Origin: Candidatus Eiseniibacteriota bacterium
GTDB taxonomy: Bacteria > Eisenbacteria > RBG-16-71-46 > DASYSL01
Length of the DNA stretch: 14,658 nt
NCBI GenBank assembly: GCA_046598045.1
Contig: JBKJJJ010000088.1
Span: 1 to 14,658 of the forward strand
Reading direction: 5' to 3'
Position 1 is the stretch's first letter, and every line of letters begins with the position of its first letter. Under the pieces are notes generated by a model, which worked only from the letters and a program-made list of their open reading frames with translations, did not search any database and was not told the DNA's origin. A program made the translations under genes and the position numbers. Positions 6,958 through 14,465 of this stretch are shown in pieces.

Positions 6958-9900
6958 GGCATTTCTTCGAGTTGTGCCATCGCCAGCAGCGGGGGCTGCT
7001 CGCGCTGTTCGCGGCGCTGGCGCTGCTCGGCACGGCGCTCGGCGTACGCCTCCCCGCGGCGATCCTCCCCGAGATCGCGTTCCCGCGCATCACGGTGATC
7101 GCCGACAGCGGGGAGCGCCCGGCCGACGACATGGTGCGCGCGGTCACGCGCCCCCTCGAGGAGGAACTGCGGCGCGTCCCCGAGGTGCGCGAGATCCGCT
7201 CGAAGACCTCGCGCGGCTCGACCGAGATCCTGCTCGACTGCGCGTGGCGCGTCCCGATGGCGCCCGTGCTCCAACAGGTGCAGGCGCAGGTCGAGGCCGC
7301 GCGCGGCCGGCTGCCCGCCGGCACCGAGATCCAGGCGCGCCTGATGAGCCCGGCGATCATGCCCGTGCTCGGCATGTCGCTCACGTCGAAGACGCGGAGC
7401 CCCGCCGAGCTGCGCGACCTCGCGCTCGTCCGCCTCCAGCCCGAACTCGCACGCCTGCCCGGCGTCGCCGAGGTCAACGTGCAGGGCGGCGAGCGCCTCG
7501 AGGCCCGCGTCGCGCTCGACCCGTACGCGCTCGAGGCGCGCGGACTCGATGCCACCCGCGTGGCCGACGCGATCCGCAATTCCGCCGCGCTCGCCTCGGT
7601 CGGCCTGGTCGAGACCAACGGTCAGCTCTACCTCGGCCTCGCGGACGCGCGCGCGCTCGACGTGCCCGCGCTCTCCGCGCTGCCGGTCCCGCTCGAGGGC
7701 GGCGGCGTGGCGACGCTCGGGCAGCTCGGCAAGGTCACGCTCGAGCCTGCGCCCGAGTTCACGCGCTACCGCGCGCACGGGCAGGACGCTGTCCTCGTCA
7801 ATTTCATGCGCAAGCCGACCGGCAGCACGGTCGAGCTCTCGCGCGCCGCGCACGGCTGGTTCGACACGCACAAGGAAGCGCTGCCCGCCGACATCCACCT
7901 CGAGACCTGGTACGACCAGGCGGACCTCGTCACCGCTTCGATCGGCGGTGTGCGTGACGCGCTCCTGATCGGCGCATTCTTCGCGATCGTGATCGTGCTG
8001 CTGTTCCTGCGCAGCATTCGCCTCGGCCTCTCCGCCGCGCTCGTCCTGCCGGGGGCGATCGCGCTCACGCTCGGCGGACTCGTCGCGACCGGGCAGACGC
8101 TCAACCTGATGACGCTCGGCGGGATCGCGGCCGCAGTGGGGCTCGTGCTCGATGACGCGATCGTGGTGATCGAGCACCTCGCGCACCGCGCATCCGAAGG
8201 CATCGCCGCGCGCCCGGCGATGATCGAGATCGCGCCCACGCTGATCGGATCGAGCCTGTGCACGCTCGCGATCTTCATTCCGTTCATGGCGCTCGGCGGG
8301 CTCACGGGCGCATTCTTCCGCGTGCTGGCGCTCGCGATCGCGTTCATGCTCGCCGCCTCGCTCGCGATCTGCCTCGTGTACGTGCCGTGGATCCCGCTGC
8401 CGAAGAAGACGCACGAGGAGAAGCCCGGCCGCTTCCACCGCCTGCACGAGCGCATGCTCGGCGTCGCGCGCAACCGGCGCTGGCTCGCGTTCGTCGTGCC
8501 GCTCCTGCTCGTGGCCGTACTCTGGCCGCTGTCGAGCACGCTCGGCTCCGGGTTCCTGCCGGAAATGGACGAAGGCTCGCTGATCCTCGATTACGTCGCG
8601 CCGCCGGGGGCCTCGGCGAGCGAGACCGATCGCATGCTGCGCCTGATCGAGCAGGACATCTCGGCGGTCCCCGAGATCGTCGCGTGGTCGCGGCGCACCG
8701 GCAACCAGCTCGGGTTCTTCATCACCGAGCCGAACAACGGCGACTACGTGCTCCGGCTCGCGAAGAAACGCAGCCGCTCTGCCGAGGAGGTTGCTGACGG
8801 CCTGCGCGAGCAGATCGCCGCGAAGCAGCCTGCGCTCGAGGTCGAGTTCGGCCAGCTGATCGAGGACGTGGTCGGCGACCTGACCTCGAACCCGCAGCCG
8901 ATCGAGATCCGCGTGCTGGGCGAGGATCGCGTGCTCGACCAGCAGCGCGCCGAGCAGATTGCCCACCTGATCGAGGCGATCAAGGGCGTGGTCGACGTCA
9001 AGAGCGGCGTCGTGGTGAGCGGCCCCCAGTTCGCGATCGCCCCGGGCGCGGGCGCGCACCGCGCGGGCCTGGGCGCGGACGCGCTGTCCGAGTTCGTGAC
9101 GCCGTACGTGCGCGGCCTCGACGCCGGCATCATCCCGCGCGGCGCGCGTGCCTGGCCCGTGCGGGTCACGATGTCGGCGCCGGCCGGATCCCCGGGCGTG
9201 GCCGCGCTCGCGGAGGCGCGCGTGCCGGTCGCGCCCGGGCACTGGGCGCGGCTCGGCGACCTCGCGACGCTCGTGGTCACGCCCGGCGAGACCGAGATTG
9301 CGCGCGACGACCAGCGCACCATGGTCTCCGCCACCGCGCGCCTCTCCGGCCGCGACCTCGGGTCGGCGATGGGGGAGATCCAGCGCCGCGTCGGCAAGGA
9401 GGTCGCGCTCGCGCCGGGCATGGCGGTGCGCTACGCGGGCCAGTGGGCGGAGCAGCAGCAGTCGTTCAAGGAATTGGCGATCGTGCTCCTCGGCGCGATC
9501 GTGGCGATCCTGCTCGTACTGCTGTTCGCGTTCCGCTCGTGGCGGCTCGCCGGATCGGTGCTGGCGATCGCGCTGGCCTCGCTCGCGGGCGTGTTCGTCG
9601 CGCTCCACCTGTGGGGGGCGACGTTCAACATCGCGAGCTTCGTGGGCGCGATCATGGTGGTCGGCATCGTGGCGGAGAACGCGTACTTCCTCGTGGCCGC
9701 GTACCTCGAGGCGCTCGCGAAGGGCGAGACTCCCGCGGACGCCGCCGAGGCCGCCGCGCACCGGCGGGCCCGGCCGGTCCTCATGACCACGCTCGCCGGC
9801 GTCGCGGCGCTCGCGCCCCTGGCGATCGGGCAGGGCTCGGGCGCCGAGCTCCTGCGGCCGCTGGCGATCGCCGTGATCGGCGGGTTCGCGGGGTCGGCGC

Positions 9901-9992
9901 CGCTGCTGTTGCTGGTCCTGCCGCACTGGCTCGCGGCGTCGGGGCGCCCCGCCCGCCTCGACGGGGCGAAGGTCATGGAAAGTCAGGTCTAG
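6954..9992 (+). CDS. RND efflux permease (AcrB/CzcA/CusA superfamily), 1012 aa
   Basis: ATG 6954 overlaps the MFP stop (ATGA), a better start than the track's 6819. Motifs: 'LPEIAFPRI', 'VTRPLEE', 'TLNLMTLGGIAAAVGLVLDDAIVVIE', 'FLPEMDEGS', 'RRARPVLMTTLA', 'LRPLAIAVIGG'. Confidence 0.95.
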   Translation: MRHFFELCHRQQRGLLALFAALALLGTALGVRLPAAILPEIAFPRITVIADSGERPADDMVRAVTRPLEEELRRVPEVREIRSKTSRGSTEILLDCAWRVPMAPVLQQVQAQVEAARGRLPAGTEIQARLMSPAIMPVLGMSLTSKTRSPAELRDLALVRLQPELARLPGVAEVNVQGGERLEARVALDPYALEARGLDATRVADAIRNSAALASVGLVETNGQLYLGLADARALDVPALSALPVPLEGGGVATLGQLGKVTLEPAPEFTRYRAHGQDAVLVNFMRKPTGSTVELSRAAHGWFDTHKEALPADIHLETWYDQADLVTASIGGVRDALLIGAFFAIVIVLLFLRSIRLGLSAALVLPGAIALTLGGLVATGQTLNLMTLGGIAAAVGLVLDDAIVVIEHLAHRASEGIAARPAMIEIAPTLIGSSLCTLAIFIPFMALGGLTGAFFRVLALAIAFMLAASLAICLVYVPWIPLPKKTHEEKPGRFHRLHERMLGVARNRRWLAFVVPLLLVAVLWPLSSTLGSGFLPEMDEGSLILDYVAPPGASASETDRMLRLIEQDISAVPEIVAWSRRTGNQLGFFITEPNNGDYVLRLAKKRSRSAEEVADGLREQIAAKQPALEVEFGQLIEDVVGDLTSNPQPIEIRVLGEDRVLDQQRAEQIAHLIEAIKGVVDVKSGVVVSGPQFAIAPGAGAHRAGLGADALSEFVTPYVRGLDAGIIPRGARAWPVRVTMSAPAGSPGVAALAEARVPVAPGHWARLGDLATLVVTPGETEIARDDQRTMVSATARLSGRDLGSAMGEIQRRVGKEVALAPGMAVRYAGQWAEQQQSFKELAIVLLGAIVAILLVLLFAFRSWRLAGSVLAIALASLAGVFVALHLWGATFNIASFVGAIMVVGIVAENAYFLVAAYLEALAKGETPADAAEAAAHRRARPVLMTTLAGVAALAPLAIGQGSGAELLRPLAIAVIGGFAGSAPLLLLVLPHWLAASGRPARLDGAKVMESQV

Positions 9993-10031
9993 GTCAGGCT
10001 GGGCCCCCGGCTAGCCATGCGGCGGCGCGCC

Positions 10032-10040
10032 TGCTAGCAT
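10032..10040 (+). promoter_or_regulatory. Putative extended -10 element (TG-c-TAGCAT) for a leaderless transcript starting near ATG 10048
   Basis: TG at 10032-10033 and TAGCAT at 10035-10040, followed by 7 nt (ccccttg) and then ATG. No Shine-Dalgarno sequence upstream. Confidence 0.5.
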
Positions 10041-10047
10041 CCCCTTG

Positions 10048-10317
10048 ATGAGACCGACGCGCTGGGTCGCCGTGTGCCTCAAGGTGCTCCTCCTGGTCAC
10101 GCTCGTGACCGCGGGGGCGCACACGCATGCGCACGACTCGATGGACCACCCCTGCGTGGTCTGCATGGTCGGCCACGCGCCCGCGATCGCGGCCGCCGCC
10201 GCCCCCGCACTGAAGGCGCCCGAGCCCACGCTCGAGGCGCGGGTCGAGCGGCCCGTCTCCGCCACGCCCGCGCCCTCATGCGCGATCCCCGCGTCGCGCG
10301 CCCCGCCCCTCGGCTGA
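10048..10317 (+). CDS. Small DUF2946-like leader protein (89 aa): hydrophobic N-terminus, HTHAHD..DHPCVVC, Ala/Pro linker, C-terminal RAPP; putative metal-sensing ribosome-arrest peptide
   Basis: MRPTRWVAVCLKVLLLVTLVTAGAHTHAHDSMDHPCVVCMVGHAPA...SRAPPLG*. CxxC at 10153-10164, RAPP at 10297-10308. Sits directly upstream of metal-uptake genes. An in-frame TTG at 10045 is an alternative start. Confidence 0.82.
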   Translation: MRPTRWVAVCLKVLLLVTLVTAGAHTHAHDSMDHPCVVCMVGHAPAIAAAAAPALKAPEPTLEARVERPVSATPAPSCAIPASRAPPLG

Positions 10318-10427
10318 TCGGCTCACCCGCTCTCGATCCCGACTGATTCGCATGCCGTCGCCGGCGCGTTCGCACGCGTCGCCGCGCGCGTGTCGAGACG
10401 ACCCATACCGAGAGGGAGAATTCGCGC

Positions 10428-11558
10428 ATGCGATTCTTCACCCTGTTCCTGCCGTGCGCGCTGCTGGCCGCGTTGCCCGGCTTCACCCCCGCGTGGGCGC
10501 AGGACGCGACCGCGCCCGACACCACCACCGTGGTCGAGCCCGCGCCCGTCGCGGCCCCCGAGGCGCCTGCGCCTCCGGGCAGCGCCTCGATCGCGAACCC
10601 CGCGACCAGCGTCATCGGATGGTTCCAGGCGGCGGCCGGCAGCGACCGCCGCACGCAGGAGAAGGCGTTCGACCTGCGTGAGGCCGAGCTTGCACTGCAG
10701 TCTGCGGTCGATCCCTATGCCAAGGCCGACTTCATCCTCTCGTTCAGCTCCGCCGGCGTGGACGTCGAGGAGGGCTACTTGACCTGGCTCGCCCTTCCGG
10801 GCGGCGGTCAGGCGAAGATCGGCAAGTTCCGCGGGGACTTCGGCAAGTTCAACCGCACGCACGCGGGGGAGACGCCGTTCGCGGACCGCCCGCTCTCGAC
10901 GCTCGCGTTCGGCGGCGAGGAGGGGCTCTCGACCAGCGGCCTGGCGCTCTCCGCGATCGTGCCGACCGGGTTCTACTGGGACGTGACCGCGAACGTCGGC
11001 ACCGCGCCCGAGGCGGGCGAGAACCGCGTGTTCGGCGCGGACAGCGGGCGCGACCTGCTGTGGATCGGCCGCAGCAGCGCGTTCGTCGACCTGTCCGAGG
11101 CCTCGAACCTGAACCTCGGCGTGTCCTACGCGAACGCGCGCGCCGATTCGGCGTTGCGGAGCGAGGGCGCGCACGCGCAACTCGCCGGCGCCGACCTCAC
11201 GTTCCGCTGGAAGAACCCGCGCCGCAGCATCTATCGCTCGCTCACGCTGCAATCCGAGTTCACGCGCGAGCAGGGCTCGGCCGCGGGCGCGCCCACGCGC
11301 AGCGGCTGGTTCGGCTACGCGCTCTACCAGTTCGCGCGGCGCTGGAAGCTCGGCGCGCGCTACGACTCGACCGACCGCACGACGCTCGTCGGCCGCGAGC
11401 GCGGCGTGCTCGGGCTGATCCAGTTCCAGCCCAGCGAGTTCTCGCTCCTGAGCCTGCAGGCACGCCGTATCCACGACACGCTCACCGGCGCCGACGGCGA
11501 CGCCGTCTTCCTCAAATGGACGTTCAACATCGGACCCCATGGCGCACACCCGTATTGA
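10428..11558 (+). CDS. Outer-membrane beta-barrel (porin-like) associated with metal ABC uptake, 376 aa
   Basis: SD GAGAGGGAG at 10410-10418; signal peptide ending AWA-Q; 'NPATSVIG', 'FDLREAELALQSAVDPY', 'VEEGY', 'GKFRGDFGKFNRTH', alternating beta-strands, C-terminus 'FNIGPHGAHPY'. Resembles proteins often labelled 'zinc-regulated outer membrane receptor' (from recall). Confidence 0.78.
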   Translation: MRFFTLFLPCALLAALPGFTPAWAQDATAPDTTTVVEPAPVAAPEAPAPPGSASIANPATSVIGWFQAAAGSDRRTQEKAFDLREAELALQSAVDPYAKADFILSFSSAGVDVEEGYLTWLALPGGGQAKIGKFRGDFGKFNRTHAGETPFADRPLSTLAFGGEEGLSTSGLALSAIVPTGFYWDVTANVGTAPEAGENRVFGADSGRDLLWIGRSSAFVDLSEASNLNLGVSYANARADSALRSEGAHAQLAGADLTFRWKNPRRSIYRSLTLQSEFTREQGSAAGAPTRSGWFGYALYQFARRWKLGARYDSTDRTTLVGRERGVLGLIQFQPSEFSLLSLQARRIHDTLTGADGDAVFLKWTFNIGPHGAHPY

Positions 11559-11589
11559 CCCCGCGCACCGCCGGTCTGGAGGCCAACCC

Positions 11590-12552
11590 ATGTTCGTGAA
11601 CCTGCGTACGTTTCGTACGGTCTGTACCCTTGGTACGCTCCTGCTCGCAACCGCCCTCGCGCCTGCGGGCCGGGCGCACGCCGCCAAGGGCAAGGCGCTC
11701 TCGGTGGTGACCACCACCGAGGATCTCGCCGCGATCGCGCGCGAGGTCGGCGGCGAGCGCGTCACGGCTTCTGCGCTCGCTCGCGGTTACCAGGACCCAC
11801 ACTTCGTCGACGCGAAGCCGTCGTACCTCGTCCAGCTCAAGAAGGCCGACCTGTTCGTCGAGGTCGGCCGTGAACTCGAGGTCGGCTGGGCGCCTGGCCT
11901 CGTCAGCGGCGCGCGCAACCCCCGGATCCTCCCGGGCGCGCCCGGCCATGTCGACGCGTCGGCGCAGGTCGCGGTGATCGAGGTGCCGGCGAGCGTCAGC
12001 CGCTCGCAGGGCGACATCCACCCGTTCGGCAACCCGCACTACCTGCTCGACCCGGCGAACGGCGCGCCCGTGGCGCGCGCGATCCGCGACGGCCTGAACC
12101 GCGTCTCGCCCGGCGACGCGGCGTACTTCAACGCGCGCTGCTCGGACTTCGAGAAGCGTCTCGCCACCGCGGTCGTGCGCTGGAAGTCGCAGGCGCAGGC
12201 GCTCGGCCTGAACGGCATGAAGGTCGTCACCTACCACCGCTCGTGGTCCTACTTCGCGAAGGCGTACGGCCTGGACGTCGTGGACTTCATCGAGCCCCGC
12301 CCCGGCATCCCGCCGTCGCCGAACCACGTCGCGGACCTCGTCAACGAGATGAAGGGCGGCGGCATCCGCGTGCTGATCATGGAGCCGTTCTTCGATCCGC
12401 GCATCCCGCAGAAGATTTCGAAGGACACGGGCGTGCCGCTTGCGGTGCTGCCGACTTCGGTCGGGGCCGAGGGTACGATCCACACCTACTTCGAGCTGTT
12501 CGATCGTATGTTCTTCGAGCTGACGGCCGCGCTCAAGGGACGCAAGACATGA
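11590..12552 (+). CDS. Metal ABC transporter substrate-binding protein (ZnuA/TroA cluster A-I), 320 aa
   Basis: GGAGG at 11578-11582, then ATG 11590 (preferred over 11539). 'VVTTTEDLAAIAREVGG'; His ligand motifs 'QDPHF', 'GDIHPFGNPHYLLDP', 'VTYHRSWSYF'; 'EPRPGIPPSPNH'. Confidence 0.93.
   Translation: MFVNLRTFRTVCTLGTLLLATALAPAGRAHAAKGKALSVVTTTEDLAAIAREVGGERVTASALARGYQDPHFVDAKPSYLVQLKKADLFVEVGRELEVGWAPGLVSGARNPRILPGAPGHVDASAQVAVIEVPASVSRSQGDIHPFGNPHYLLDPANGAPVARAIRDGLNRVSPGDAAYFNARCSDFEKRLATAVVRWKSQAQALGLNGMKVVTYHRSWSYFAKAYGLDVVDFIEPRPGIPPSPNHVADLVNEMKGGGIRVLIMEPFFDPRIPQKISKDTGVPLAVLPTSVGAEGTIHTYFELFDRMFFELTAALKGRKT
11605..11640 (+). repeat. Degenerate 9-bp tandem repeat x4 in the signal-peptide coding region
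   Basis: cgtacgttt cgtacggtc tgtaccctt ggtacgctc; GTAC at 11606, 11615, 11624 and 11633; encodes RTF RTV CTL GTL. Confidence 0.6.
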
Positions 12553-13373
12553 TCGAGCAACTCCCGTTCCTGCTCTGGCCGTTCCTCGCGCTCCTATGCA
12601 TCGCGGGGATCCACGTCTACCTCGGGCTGCACGTGGTCGAGCGCGAGGTGATCTTCGTCGATCTCTCGCTCGCGCAGATGGCCGTGCTCGGCGCGTCGGT
12701 CGCGTCGCTGCGCGGCGCCGAGCCGGGCGATCCGCTGACCTACGCGCTCGCACTCGGCTTCACGGTGCTCGGCGCGGCGACGTTCGCGCTCACGCGCTCG
12801 GAGAAGGGGCGCGTGCCGCAGGAAGCGATCATCGGCATCGTGTACGCGGTCGCCGCGGCGGCGAGCGTGCTGATCCTCAACAACGCGCCGCACGGCGCGG
12901 AGCACATCCGCGACGTGCTGGTCGGGCAGTTGCTCGCGGTCGAGAAGAAGGACGTGCTGCGCATGGTCGTGCTCTACGGCGTGATCGGCGCGCTGCACTG
13001 GTGGTGGCGGAAGCGGTTGTGGCTGATCTCGCACGACCCGGACGCCGCGAGGGCGCAGGGGCTGAACATGAAGGCGTGGGACTTCCTGTTCTACCTCACG
13101 TTCGGCATCACGGTCACGGCGTCGGTCGAGCTGGGCGGCGTGCTCGTGGTGTTCAGCTACCTGATCGTGCCGAGCGTCACCGCGCTCCTGTTCTCGGAGA
13201 AGGTCGCGCCGCGGCTCGCGATCGGCTGGTTCGTCGCGGCGCTCGCGAGCGCGCTCGGCATGCTCGCTTCGGTGTGGCTGTCGGCGCCCCCGGGCGCGAG
13301 CGTGGTGTGCGTGTTCGGTGCCCTGCTCGCGGTCGCGGCGATCGTGCGCCCACGGTCGCGGGTGGCCCGGTGA
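12549..13373 (+). CDS. Metal ABC transporter permease (ZnuB/MntB, ABC-3 family), 274 aa
   Basis: ATG 12549 overlaps the binding-protein stop (ATGA); the track's start at 12243 is a spurious extension. Motifs: 'YLGLHVVEREVIFVDLSLAQMAVLG', 'QEAIIGIVYA', 'SHDPDAARAQG', 'GVLVVFSYLIVP', 'PPGASVV'. Confidence 0.92.
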   Translation: MIEQLPFLLWPFLALLCIAGIHVYLGLHVVEREVIFVDLSLAQMAVLGASVASLRGAEPGDPLTYALALGFTVLGAATFALTRSEKGRVPQEAIIGIVYAVAAAASVLILNNAPHGAEHIRDVLVGQLLAVEKKDVLRMVVLYGVIGALHWWWRKRLWLISHDPDAARAQGLNMKAWDFLFYLTFGITVTASVELGGVLVVFSYLIVPSVTALLFSEKVAPRLAIGWFVAALASALGMLASVWLSAPPGASVVCVFGALLAVAAIVRPRSRVAR

Positions 13374-13446
13374 TCGAGCGTCCCGGCGTCGTGCGCGAAC
13401 GCGCCCCCCGGCGAGGCGAGCGCCGGCAGGAGGACGAGGTTCCGGC

Positions 13447-14427
13447 TCACCGGCGGAACATCTCCGAGACCGAGGGGCTCCGCCGCCACGCCTGGTAGAC
13501 ATGCCCGGGCAGCGGCCGGCCGAGCGCCTCCTCGATCGGTACGGAGGCCTCGACCAATTTACGAATGTCCACGCCGGTCTGGATCCCGAAGCCGTGGAAG
13601 AAGTAGACGAGGTCCTCGGTCGCCGCGTTGCCGGTCGCGCCGGGGGCGAACGGGCAGCCACCGAGCCCTGCCGCCGACGCGTCGAACGCGCGGATGCCGA
13701 GCAGCAGCCCGGCCATCACGTTGACCAGCGCGGTGCCGCGGGTGTCGTGCATGTGGAGCGCGGTCTGAACGCGCGGGATGCGCGCGCCGATCTGCCCGAG
13801 CACGTCGCCCACGCCCGCCGGCGTCGCGACGCCGATGGTGTCGCCCAGCGAGATCTCGTCGACGCCGAGCGACCACAGCCGAACCGCGACCTCGGCCGCG
13901 CGCACCGGGTCCACGCGGCCCTCGTACGGGCAGCCGAACACGGTCGAGAGGTAGCCGCGCACCCACAGCCCCTTCGCGCGCGCCTCCTCGACCACCGGCT
14001 CGATCGCCTTGAACGACTCGTCCACGCCCATGCCGATGTTCTTCTGGTTGAAGGTCTCGGAGACCGCGGTGAACACCGCGATGTGGCGGGCGTTCGCGGC
14101 CAGCGCCCGCTCGAGGCCCTTCGCGTTCGGGACGAGCACGAGGAAGCGCGCGTCGGCCGTGCCCGGCGCGCGCTCGGCCACCGCCCTCTCCAGCAGGGCG
14201 AGCACCTCCTCGGTCCCGGCCATCTGGGGCACGCGGTCGGGGCGGACGAACGCGCCGACCTCGATGTCGGTCAGCCCGGCGGCGGCGAGCGCGAGCGCGA
14301 ACCGGGCCCGTTCGGCGGGGGGGACGGGGACGGCCTCGTTCTGCAGCCCATCGCGCGGGCCGACCTCGACGATGCGGACGGAAGCCGGCCAGGGACCGGC
14401 GGACATGGCGGCGGGGTGGGTGCTCAT
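13447..14427 (-). CDS. hmgL: Hydroxymethylglutaryl-CoA lyase (DRE-TIM metallolyase), about 326 aa
   Basis: 'VRIVEVGPRDGLQNE', 'FVRPDRVPQMA', 'LVPNAKG', 'RGYLSTVFGCPYEG', 'EISLGDTIGVATP', 'ALHMHDTRGTALVN', 'GLGGCPFAPGATGNAATED'. Start placed at ATG 14427 (alternative 14406). Confidence 0.95.
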   Translation of the reverse strand: MSTHPAAMSAGPWPASVRIVEVGPRDGLQNEAVPVPPAERARFALALAAAGLTDIEVGAFVRPDRVPQMAGTEEVLALLERAVAERAPGTADARFLVLVPNAKGLERALAANARHIAVFTAVSETFNQKNIGMGVDESFKAIEPVVEEARAKGLWVRGYLSTVFGCPYEGRVDPVRAAEVAVRLWSLGVDEISLGDTIGVATPAGVGDVLGQIGARIPRVQTALHMHDTRGTALVNVMAGLLLGIRAFDASAAGLGGCPFAPGATGNAATEDLVYFFHGFGIQTGVDIRKLVEASVPIEEALGRPLPGHVYQAWRRSPSVSEMFRR

Positions 14428-14433
14428 CCCGGG

Positions 14434-14465
14434 AATATACACGCCCCGACGCCCGGGCTTACAAT
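14434..14465. promoter_or_regulatory. Back-to-back -10 elements: TATATT on - (14439-14434) and TACAAT on + (14460-14465)
   Basis: Two AT-rich near-consensus hexamers in a GC-rich divergent intergenic region. The minus-strand one lies 6 nt before ATG 14427; the plus-strand one precedes RBS GGAGG at 14514-14518. Confidence 0.5.

Noticed and set aside
6942..9926. 994-aa minus-strand ORF, and similar ORFs at 684-1808, 5950-6945, 10323-11765, 11524-12753 and 13318-14553
   Set aside because: All mirror well-supported genes on the opposite strand and have no family signatures.
10048..10317. Small ORF as a RiPP precursor for the upstream peptidase and exporter
   Set aside because: No modifying enzymes nearby. 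The signal-like N-terminus, CxxC and terminal RAPP, plus the position ahead of metal-uptake genes, fit a DUF2946-like leader much better.
13408..13426. ccggcg/cgccgg hairpin between the permease and HMG-CoA lyase stops as a terminator
   Set aside because: Only a 6-bp all-GC stem with no U-tract; expected by chance here.
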